A stretch of DNA of 64,000 bases from a virus (taxonomy: Duplodnaviria; Heunggongvirae; Uroviricota; Caudoviricetes). The stretch is taken from IMG/VR virus record IMGVR_UViG_3300021387_000463, positions 299,001 through 363,000 of that record; one strand, given 5' to 3'. Each line of letters starts with the position of its first letter. Within the stretch, counting starts at the first letter, position 1. Shown here piece after piece: positions 20,082-27,954 of this stretch. The notes below the pieces were generated by a model. The model saw nothing but the letters and a program-made list of their open reading frames with translations, did not search any database and was not told the origin of the DNA. Made by a program: the position numbers and the translations under genes.

Positions 20082-20756
20082 ATGAGTATAGCAAGTGAAA
20101 TATCAAGATTACAAACAGCAAAGGCTGATATAAAAACTGCACTTGAAAATAAAGGAATAACTGTACCAAGTAGTACCAAGATAGATGGATATGCACAATT
20201 GATTAACGGTATACCCACAGCAGACCCTATGATTGATAACCACTATTATCGTGACCTTGGACTTCCAAGTGGCACAAAGTGGGCTACAATGAACGTTGGT
20301 GCTTCATCAGAAACGGATTATGGTAACTTCTATCAATATGGTAAGGGTGCTGACCAATATGCTGCAACAAGTGGACAATCTGATTATAGTGGTACTGAAA
20401 ACCCATTGGCGACAAGTGCTGATACAGCAGCTCAAGTATGGGGTGGTAATTGGCATATGCCAACAAAGGCTCAGTTTGAGGAATTGACCGCAAATACCAC
20501 TTACACTTGGACTACCGTTAATGGAACTAATGGCGGTTTGTTTACCTCTAACATCAACGGCAACTCTATCTATTTTCCTGCCGCTGGTATCTGGTTCGGT
20601 GGTAGTCACTACGATGAGGGTTCGTACGGCTATGTTTGGAGTTCATCGCCTGATGCTAGTCGCCTCGCCTTCAGCTTGCACTTCCGCAGTGGAGACAAGG
20701 GCGTGTACAACGACAGCCGTGAGTGCGGCTTCTCGGTGCGCCCTGTGCTTGGTTGA
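20082..20756 (+). CDS. C-type-lectin-fold protein, probable DGR target (receptor-binding tip)
   Basis: DLGLPSGTKWATMNVGA, WGGNWHMPT, FPAAG, G..WSSS and terminal G.SVRPV motifs typical of Bacteroidota DGR targets. Confidence 0.85.
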   Translation: MSIASEISRLQTAKADIKTALENKGITVPSSTKIDGYAQLINGIPTADPMIDNHYYRDLGLPSGTKWATMNVGASSETDYGNFYQYGKGADQYAATSGQSDYSGTENPLATSADTAAQVWGGNWHMPTKAQFEELTANTTYTWTTVNGTNGGLFTSNINGNSIYFPAAGIWFGGSHYDEGSYGYVWSSSPDASRLAFSLHFRSGDKGVYNDSRECGFSVRPVLG

Positions 20757-20760
20757 CGAG
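20585..20760 (+). other. Putative DGR variable region (VR) and IMH
   Basis: Abrupt rise in GC and a dense run of NNC codons (ATC, TTC, CAC, TAC, CGC, CTC, AGC, GAC, TGC), as expected from mutagenised AAC template codons; GC-rich invariant end CGGTGCGCCCTGTG. Confidence 0.75.
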
Positions 20761-20761
20761 C

Positions 20762-20796
20762 CAAACTGACGTTTGCTTCAACACAGCTAACGCTGT
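20762..20796 (+). promoter_or_regulatory. Two short hairpins downstream of the VR (candidate DGR homing cis-elements)
   Basis: CAAAC-TGAC-GTTTG (20762-20775) and ACAGC-TAAC-GCTGT (20783-20796). Confidence 0.55.
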
Positions 20797-20844
20797 ATGG
20801 TAATTCATCTTAATAAAGCCAAAACAGGATTAAATTATAAAAAA

Positions 20845-20899
20845 AGTTTGCCCTAGGCTTGTGCTTGGGGCAAATTTTTATGTTATATAAAATATTTAT
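20845..20899 (+). terminator. Terminator + late promoter cassette
   Basis: TTTGCCCTAGGC-TTGT-GCTTGGGGCAAATTTTT followed by ATATTTAT at 20892. Confidence 0.75.
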
Positions 20900-20936
20900 A
20901 TATTAGATAATAAGACAAATTAAATATTTAAAAAAT

Positions 20937-22757
20937 ATGGCAGTAAAAAATCTTTATTCATTGGGACTATTACGTAACGGTAAGGTGTACCCAAGCAAGC
21001 AACTTGCTTATCAAGCTTTTGAGCAAGGTACAAATGACGGTGTTGCAAAGTTGGCACGTTATCTTGACGCAAGTCTTGGTGGAGACCCAATCATCAGAAC
21101 GTTGGTTGGCTTCTACGCAAATGCTGAAGAAATGGCAGATAATGGTGGTGGGCAGTCACATTATACCATTCTTGATATCGAAGGCAGTGCAGGAGAGATA
21201 GAGGAACTTAAGAAAGCGGTTGCTAAAATTAATGAGACAATCGGTGATGGTATTAGCGGCACTACTCTTACAGACGCAATCAACGACATCAATGACAGAA
21301 TCGGTAGCGGTTTCTCTGAGCATTTTACAGTAGCAGACGCATTGGTTGCACTTGCTGAAGAGTTATCTGATGCATTAACAGTTTCTCTTGATGTTGCAGG
21401 AGAGCCTACAAGCGGTTTTCTTAAGACTTATATCCTTTCACAAGGTACAGGTACAGGAAAGACTGAAATAGGAAGAATCGACATTCCAAAGGACTTGGTG
21501 GTAACAGAAGGTAAGTTAGTACATGGTTATTGGAGTGGCGATACATTTGCAGAGGATGAGGAAGGACCTGACACGGCTATCAAACTTGTGATTGCAAACC
21601 AAGAAGAGCCTGTATATATCAATACTAAAGACCTTGTTGATTACTATACAGCAGGTAATGGTATTGATATTGATAACACCCACAATACAATTTCAATCAA
21701 GTACAATACTCACAGTGAGGAATTCCTTGTTGTAGATGAGGATGGTATCAGAGTTGAGGGCATACAGGCAGCAATCGACAAGAAGGCTGACGAAGAGAGA
21801 CTTGAGGCAAGTGATGGCATTTCAATCGCTTCAAACAAGGTTAAGGCTGTTGCAGCAGGATATTCAGCTCCAGCAATCAAGAACCCAATTACCGTTGACA
21901 AGGACGGCATTAAGTTCGCAAATGTGTTGGATTGTGGATTCTTCGATGACGAGACAAAGGTTGCAGCAACAGCAGAGGAAATCAATGCAATCACAGACCC
22001 ACAGAATACTGACGTGTTCATCAGTGGAAATGAGGCATTGAACGCACTTGCAGCAAAGAAGACATTCAAGAACCTTGAAATTGCAAACGTTGAGGCAGCA
22101 CAGCAAGTTAACCTTGCAGCGGTTGAGTCAATAGCACTTGATGGTGTTGAGGTAACTGGTGACAAGGGTTCTTCAAACGGATATTTCTTGGTAGATGCTC
22201 CAAAGGTTGATGTTTCAAACATCACTATTGCAGATGGTGCAAAGCCATATAACGTATTTGAGGAAGTTGGTGCTGGTACTGATTCATTTAACGCTTCAAA
22301 CGTGAAGGTTAATGACGTTGCACTTAAGCACAATGTATTTAACATCTACAGGCCAAATAACGATGCTGTAATCAACATTTCAGACGTTAATCTTAACTTG
22401 AATGTTAACAACTCAAACGCATTGAGACTTGCAAACTACAAGAACGCTACTGGTGTTACAGTTAACTTCGAGAATGTTTCTTGGACATATGAGAACACAC
22501 CAAATATCGAGTCAGCAGACTTCGGATGGGCAGGTTTGATTATCTATCAGCCAGCCACTACTGACGTTGCACTTGGTGGTGACTTGTCAAAGGTTCAGAC
22601 TTGGACATTCAACTTCAAGAACTGTAAGTACAATGGCGTTAAGGTAACTGAGAACAACTTCGGTAAGAAGAACCAAGTATTCTACCTTTATAACATTAAC
22701 AAAACTGGTGCAATCACAGACCCTGTTGAAAATGGTTTGGTATTGAACTTTGCATAA
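20937..22757 (+). CDS. Putative fibre/decoration protein with a C-terminal beta-helix-like domain
   Basis: N-terminus and IG.IDIPKD motif shared with the 9456 gene; internal LDCGFF motif followed by an N/V-rich beta domain. Confidence 0.55.
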   Translation: MAVKNLYSLGLLRNGKVYPSKQLAYQAFEQGTNDGVAKLARYLDASLGGDPIIRTLVGFYANAEEMADNGGGQSHYTILDIEGSAGEIEELKKAVAKINETIGDGISGTTLTDAINDINDRIGSGFSEHFTVADALVALAEELSDALTVSLDVAGEPTSGFLKTYILSQGTGTGKTEIGRIDIPKDLVVTEGKLVHGYWSGDTFAEDEEGPDTAIKLVIANQEEPVYINTKDLVDYYTAGNGIDIDNTHNTISIKYNTHSEEFLVVDEDGIRVEGIQAAIDKKADEERLEASDGISIASNKVKAVAAGYSAPAIKNPITVDKDGIKFANVLDCGFFDDETKVAATAEEINAITDPQNTDVFISGNEALNALAAKKTFKNLEIANVEAAQQVNLAAVESIALDGVEVTGDKGSSNGYFLVDAPKVDVSNITIADGAKPYNVFEEVGAGTDSFNASNVKVNDVALKHNVFNIYRPNNDAVINISDVNLNLNVNNSNALRLANYKNATGVTVNFENVSWTYENTPNIESADFGWAGLIIYQPATTDVALGGDLSKVQTWTFNFKNCKYNGVKVTENNFGKKNQVFYLYNINKTGAITDPVENGLVLNFA

Positions 22758-22801
22758 GTTTTGTTGATACAAAATAACGTTCTTACATAATCATACAAAA
22801 G

Positions 22802-22855
22802 ATGAGGGATTGTTTAAATACAGTTCCTCATTTTTATTTTACATAAGATATTTAT
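22802..22855 (+). repeat. 54-bp terminator/late-promoter direct repeat, copy 2
   Basis: 50/54 identical to 16376-16429. Confidence 0.9.
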
Positions 22856-22896
22856 TACTATATAAGAATAATAAGTTTAATAACAATATAACAATT

Positions 22897-24030
22897 ATGA
22901 GTCTATTTCTAAAACTTTTTAATACAACAGCAGAATATAACGCTTATACAGCAGATACAAGCACTTTTATTAAACCAAATGTATCTGTATGCAAAGATGA
23001 TTTATCTCTTGTGTATTATAATCCACTCAGATGCGATGAAACAAGTGTATATGAGATTATAGGAGAACCTTCATATCCTTCTACTGTAGATGGTGCTGAT
23101 TCATCATTTGACATCGCTGTCAACTATAGAATAACCGATATTAATACAGCGTGTACAGAGACCGTTACAGAAGGAACTGATATAGTAACTGTAGAAATTG
23201 GTGTTAATCCAAGTGGAAGTGCAAGTAGGACTGTAAGCGGTACTGTTGATTATCACGGCACTGAGATTGAGTATAGTATTACTCAGAGCAAGTTTGAGGC
23301 AAAGATAACTGCTAAGTTCGATGTAACTGATACAAGTAATCCAACGCAAATTGGATATAATCAATATACAAGTGGTTTCAGTAAAATTGAGATTGACGGT
23401 GTTGCACAACCATCAGTCGTAAGTGCGTATACGTTTAGTACAACAGGTGAACATACAGTTAAGTATACATTAGCAGACCCAACAAGTATTGGTGCTTATG
23501 CTTTCACTAGTTGTAGTGGTCTTACAAGTATAGTTATACCAGATAGTGTTACAAGTATTAAAGGTAGTGCTTTCATGTATTGTAGTGGTCTTACAAGTAT
23601 AGTTATACCAGATAGTGTTACAAGTATTGGTAATAGTGTTTTCCAAGGTTGTAAAAGTCTTACAAGTTGTACAATAGGTAGTGGAGTTACAACTATTGGT
23701 TCTCAAGCTTTCAATAATTGTACTAGTCTTACAAGTATAGTTATACCAGATAGTGTTACAAGTATTAATGGTAGTGCTTTCATGTATTGTAGGGGTCTTG
23801 AAAGTTGTACAATAGGTAGTGGTATTACAAGCATTGGTACTCAAGCTTTCAGAGACTGTAGAGTTCTTACGAGTATAACAATAGAAGCAACAACGCCACC
23901 AACTTTAGGAAGTGATGTATTTTTTGATGCCAATAAGTGTACAATCTATGTACCAAGTGGTAGCGTAGATGCATATAAGGCAGCAAGTGGTTGGAGTACT
24001 TATGCAAGTAGAATACAAGCGATACCTTAA
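22897..24030 (+). CDS. Second BspA-type LRR_5 protein
   Basis: 23-aa LRR repeats and the same C-cap as the 8249 gene. Start at ATG 22897, because the longer track ORF runs through the terminator/promoter. Confidence 0.92.
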   Translation: MSLFLKLFNTTAEYNAYTADTSTFIKPNVSVCKDDLSLVYYNPLRCDETSVYEIIGEPSYPSTVDGADSSFDIAVNYRITDINTACTETVTEGTDIVTVEIGVNPSGSASRTVSGTVDYHGTEIEYSITQSKFEAKITAKFDVTDTSNPTQIGYNQYTSGFSKIEIDGVAQPSVVSAYTFSTTGEHTVKYTLADPTSIGAYAFTSCSGLTSIVIPDSVTSIKGSAFMYCSGLTSIVIPDSVTSIGNSVFQGCKSLTSCTIGSGVTTIGSQAFNNCTSLTSIVIPDSVTSINGSAFMYCRGLESCTIGSGITSIGTQAFRDCRVLTSITIEATTPPTLGSDVFFDANKCTIYVPSGSVDAYKAASGWSTYASRIQAIP

Positions 24031-24035
24031 ATATA

Positions 24036-24066
24036 AGAAGGATAGTTCAAACGGACTATCCTTTTC
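24036..24066. terminator. Terminator between the convergent LRR and transposase genes
   Basis: AGAAGGATAGTTC-AAAC-GGACTATCCTTTT hairpin. Confidence 0.75.
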
Positions 24067-25089
24067 TTATGCTACACTGTTTCTTGTGTACCACTCATAG
24101 TACACCTTGCTATGGAACTTCCTATACTCAATATCCACCACCGTAGATAATGACAGTACATCGTTGTAGTCAAAGTGCTTTACAGCCTTCTTAAACATAT
24201 CGTGGAAACGATATGAACTCTTCTCTTCCCTTGTGTTCCAACGATACATCTGCTCGTCAATATAACGAGATAAGTAATCCTTACTTACCATATGGTAGGT
24301 AGAGAATACAACACGCTTAAAGTGTGCCCAAAAGCCCTCAATACCATTGGTGTGAATGTCATTGGACCTAACGAACTCACGCTTTCCGTGATTAACAAAC
24401 AAGTGGTCATAACCCTTCTTGGTAAGGTTATTGTAGATTGATGCCTCATCGGTGTAGGTAACAGTACCTTCCTTCACAAACTGCTCCACAATGGGCATAA
24501 GTGTTGCACCCTTGGTATCTTCCACCTTCATTGCTACAACCTTACCGTCACGCTGCAACATACCGAAGATAGGAGTCTTCGTCTTGGTTGAACGACCTTG
24601 TGTACCTTCAGTACGCTTGTCGTTATGCTTGTTGGTCTCACGACCACCAAGGTACATCTCGTCCATCTCAACCTCGCCATCAAGTTCGATTTCGTCAGTG
24701 ATACCATAGAGTCCACGAACCTTATGCAGAATGAACCAAGCAGTCTTCTGAGTAACTGCAAGGTCTCTTGCAAGCTGATGTGAAGATACGCCCTTCTTCG
24801 TAGAAGAAACAAGGTACATTGCCATAAACCACTTTCTAAGAGACAACTTGGTGTTCTCAAAGATAGTGCCAACGGTGACGTTGAACTTTCTCTTGCAGTT
24901 TGGACAGCTATAACGTCCATCCTTGCAAGAGTAGGTATGTGTGCAACCACAGTAGGGGCATACAGCCTCGCCATCACCCCAACGTTTCTGGGCGATAGCA
25001 GCCTTGCACTTGTCCTCAGTGTTGAAGTAGTCAACAAGTGCGATGAGTGAGTTGAACTGTGCGAAGTTGATGTGAAGTGTCTGTTCCAT
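24067..25089 (-). CDS. IS1595-family (ISXO2-like) DDE transposase, intact
   Basis: Zn ribbon CPYCG...CPNC, TVGTIFE.TKL.LRKWF, HTH (SSHQLARDL.VTQKTAW), catalytic VEMDEMYLGG, TDEASIY, HTNGIEGFW. Start at MEQTL (25089), below a TATATTTG -7 box at 25116-25123. Confidence 0.93.
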   Translation of the reverse strand: MEQTLHINFAQFNSLIALVDYFNTEDKCKAAIAQKRWGDGEAVCPYCGCTHTYSCKDGRYSCPNCKRKFNVTVGTIFENTKLSLRKWFMAMYLVSSTKKGVSSHQLARDLAVTQKTAWFILHKVRGLYGITDEIELDGEVEMDEMYLGGRETNKHNDKRTEGTQGRSTKTKTPIFGMLQRDGKVVAMKVEDTKGATLMPIVEQFVKEGTVTYTDEASIYNNLTKKGYDHLFVNHGKREFVRSNDIHTNGIEGFWAHFKRVVFSTYHMVSKDYLSRYIDEQMYRWNTREEKSSYRFHDMFKKAVKHFDYNDVLSLSTVVDIEYRKFHSKVYYEWYTRNSVA

Positions 25090-25238
25090 ATGCCTTTTTT
25101 GCTTAAAATCTAATACAAATATAGGATTTTTCAACTATCGGAACAGTCTTCTCATACATATAAATGGACAAAATTTGCATTTTCATTTTACGTTGTAAAA
25201 TGAGAGTTTTAGTTAATACACCAAAAACTAATACAAAA

Positions 25239-25271
25239 AAATCTGCAAGATTTGTGACAGTCTTGCAGATT
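25239..25271 (-). terminator. Hairpin insulating the transposase from upstream minus-strand transcription
   Basis: Perfect 11-bp inverted repeat AATCTGCAAGA/TCTTGCAGATT with an A-tract on its left (T-tract on the minus strand). Confidence 0.7.
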
Positions 25272-25303
25272 AATGTATATTTATTCAAAAGGAGCGACTT
25301 GTG

Positions 25304-25474
25304 TCAACAAGTATATCGTTCCCTTTTATTTTTAATAAGCCTTATTAATTCTCCATATCTACCTTCAAACACAAGTTCATCATCGGCATATAGTTTAAGG
25401 TGTGATATATTATCCTCTGTTGGCTCTGATTCAATTCTCCATTTTTTATCGCCAAACGTCCAAGTTGTTATCAT
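25304..25474 (-). CDS. 56-aa ORF coupled to the glycosyltransferase, missing from the track
   Basis: MITTWTFGDKKWRIESEPTEDNISHLKLYADDELVFEGRYGELIRLIKNKRERYTC; ATGA overlap with the GT stop; its own stop lies inside the candidate IS end. Confidence 0.55.
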   Translation of the reverse strand: MITTWTFGDKKWRIESEPTEDNISHLKLYADDELVFEGRYGELIRLIKNKRERYTC

Positions 25475-26991
25475 ATTGTGCTATTTTTTTGATTATACTT
25501 ATCTTCAGTTACAATAACAGGATATGTCTTTATCTTCTTGAATTTATACATCATGAATAGATTGGTACATCTTTCTCCGATATATCCACCAATTCTGTAT
25601 TGGTATTCCACAGTATCGTTTGGATAGAAGTCTTTGATATACTTTTCATAGTTATCATATATTCTCTTATTAATATCCATTCCAACTATTTTAAGGTATT
25701 CGTCAAGAATTGAGAATATGAAATCTATGTATTCCTTGAAATCTTCCCTTTTCATAATGAACATATTATACGGAATCAATATATTGCCGTTTATGAAGTT
25801 CTTCCACATATTTGCTTGTTCTGGATATTTCTCAGCAATGATTCCACCGATGATGTACAAGTCCTCAATGTTATGGCAAGATAAATATTGTGATTTCACA
25901 TTTGTCTTCAATATCTTTGGTTTTGCTACTATTGCATCATAATTAGAAAATATTTCATCCATATTTGGTACATCATCAAGGAATGAGAAATATCTTCTAT
26001 AATGGCAGAAACCTACATATTTTGGAAGTTCCAAATTATCAGCAACGTATCTGAATGGGTACAGTTCTGAATAGAAATCATCCTTTAATGGTAGTTTCGG
26101 TTCTATTTCTCTTGCGTTAATTATTTTATACGTTTCATTGTGTACTATTGGTTCAAATTCCTTATGGGTGCATATGAAGATTTTAAGATTTATATTGAGT
26201 AGTTTATCAATATATTCTTCTTTTTCTTTAGTTTTTTCATTAATTTTAAAGAAATAACCAATTCTGTCAACATTTTTTTTATAACTTTCAATAGTTCTGT
26301 CACCAAGCCCTTTTTTATATTTACCGTTAATAAATTCATCAATTGTTTTGGTGGGAAAATGCTTAATATATGCTAATTCAAAATTATAGGGTTCAAATGG
26401 GCTATTGCTGCAATTATCACCAATAGAGTTGCAATATTTTATGTTTGAAACAGTATGTGGCGTTTGATTCCATTTTACATTTTCAATACCACACCTAATT
26501 ATACTTTTGGTATGATTATTTTCTGGAAAGTTATATGTTACAGCCTTATCATATTCCATAGGTGTTGTAAAACGCTCCAAAACACCCCTTCCATCACTTT
26601 TTATGAGGTTATTGTCAGTGTATACCATCCAATTGATTTTAACACCCTGGAAGTCATCAAAACGGCTCAGATACGACTTGATATCCTTGTCCTTTACGAG
26701 TGTAAGGAACTCATCGAAGTCAAAGAACGCAATCCAATCATATTCCTTTCCATACCTTGAATAACAGTCGTTATAGGTAGATAGTTGCGCTACTTCTTTA
26801 TTCCTATAGTCAATGACAGTTACAAAACCGTCATTAATATATGTTTGAAGTACATCCTCAAAATGTTCTTCCACATCGTGGTTGTTGTCGTATATGAATA
26901 TCTTGTCGAAACCAATTGACTTGTAGTAATCAACATACTCAATGGCATATTGGTTCTCAAGCCTTCCAATACAGCATAATGCTACTTTCAT
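25471..26991 (-). CDS. Two-domain glycosyltransferase (GT-A, GT2/GT92-like N-domain plus DUF4422-like C-domain)
   Basis: GFDKIFIYDNN and DWIAFFDFDEF (DxD) in the N-domain; IFICTHK, YVGFCHYRRYF, YNMFIMK and RIGGYIGER in the C-domain. Confidence 0.85.
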   Translation of the reverse strand: MKVALCCIGRLENQYAIEYVDYYKSIGFDKIFIYDNNHDVEEHFEDVLQTYINDGFVTVIDYRNKEVAQLSTYNDCYSRYGKEYDWIAFFDFDEFLTLVKDKDIKSYLSRFDDFQGVKINWMVYTDNNLIKSDGRGVLERFTTPMEYDKAVTYNFPENNHTKSIIRCGIENVKWNQTPHTVSNIKYCNSIGDNCSNSPFEPYNFELAYIKHFPTKTIDEFINGKYKKGLGDRTIESYKKNVDRIGYFFKINEKTKEKEEYIDKLLNINLKIFICTHKEFEPIVHNETYKIINAREIEPKLPLKDDFYSELYPFRYVADNLELPKYVGFCHYRRYFSFLDDVPNMDEIFSNYDAIVAKPKILKTNVKSQYLSCHNIEDLYIIGGIIAEKYPEQANMWKNFINGNILIPYNMFIMKREDFKEYIDFIFSILDEYLKIVGMDINKRIYDNYEKYIKDFYPNDTVEYQYRIGGYIGERCTNLFMMYKFKKIKTYPVIVTEDKYNQKNSTI

Positions 26992-27033
26992 AATTTTCTA
27001 ATTAATATTTATATACAAATAATAATCTTTTAT

Positions 27034-27216
27034 ATGGATAATTCAACAGTTAATTGGGAAGAGGTGAGGATAAATGCATCCATCAATATTATGAATGCGA
27101 TATTGTCAAGTAGCATAATGGTATTCATATTTCAGTTCATCTTCAAGAGACAAGTGGCAGACATTGCTGTGGAATATGCTGATAGACTGGTTGAGGAGTT
27201 AAAGAAAAAGGGGTAG
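27034..27216 (+). CDS. Small hypothetical protein
   Basis: 60 aa with a hydrophobic middle and an AVEYADRLVEELK tail; ATATTTAT at 27005 and a hairpin downstream. Confidence 0.6.
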   Translation: MDNSTVNWEEVRINASINIMNAILSSSIMVFIFQFIFKRQVADIAVEYADRLVEELKKKG

Positions 27217-27310
27217 GATATTTTGTGGGTGGATAAAGCCATCTTTTTTATTTTCATGAGGAATATTGGAAAACTATATAATATTTATTATTAATTAAAA
27301 ATATATTATT

Positions 27311-27874
27311 ATGAAAACTTTATCTACTAAATTAACCAATAAATATTATTATTTGAAAAATGGTGTAGTTTACGACATTTTATCAACAAAAAACGATGAT
27401 TGCGGTAAGTTAGGAATCTCTGGAAATTCTCCTACTGCTGATGAGGTTAAGATACCTTATATAACAGTTAAGAAGGGCAATGAAACGCCATACAATTTAT
27501 TCTTAGACACTTACATCGAGATAGGTGACACCTATGGAACTGAGTTTAAGAAGACTAGTTGTGGAGAAAGTGATAAGTCTTTATCTGCATATTACTATGA
27601 TGAGTGTGTAAAGGAAATTAAAAGACAAATCAGAATAAATCCAACTGCTGAATTTAAGTTGTTCAATGATGTAAAGACTTTATTGGGTATTCCTCCATTT
27701 ATGATAAAAAATAATGGTTATACTATCACTGGAACGACACAAATTGATTTTACTGAGGCTAATTTCAATACATATAAGAAGGCTGTTGTTGAAGAAGAGG
27801 CTTTAACTGCTGCTAATAATAAGGCTAATGAGTATAATTACAAAGCTACTGATGTTACAGTAGTTAAAAAATAG
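27311..27874 (+). CDS. Hypothetical late protein
   Basis: 187-aa ORF with ATATTTAT at 27281. Confidence 0.6.
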   Translation: MKTLSTKLTNKYYYLKNGVVYDILSTKNDDCGKLGISGNSPTADEVKIPYITVKKGNETPYNLFLDTYIEIGDTYGTEFKKTSCGESDKSLSAYYYDECVKEIKRQIRINPTAEFKLFNDVKTLLGIPPFMIKNNGYTITGTTQIDFTEANFNTYKKAVVEEEALTAANNKANEYNYKATDVTVVKK

Positions 27875-27954
27875 TGATTTGATGAATTAATCAAAGGCAC
27901 TAAATATTTATATATAGGAAAAATAACTAATAAAATTAAAATATTTCAAGAATT

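Larger units (their letters stand above)
24067..25323 (-). mobile_element. IS1595-family element; only one candidate end visible
   Basis: Transposase plus a candidate left end GGGAACGATATACTTGTTGACACAAG (minus strand, 25323-25298). No matching right end found by eye. Confidence 0.55.

Noticed and set aside
25164-25517. Track ORF of 117 aa on the plus strand beside the transposase
   Set aside because: It crosses two hairpins and the candidate IS end, and is antisense to better-supported genes.
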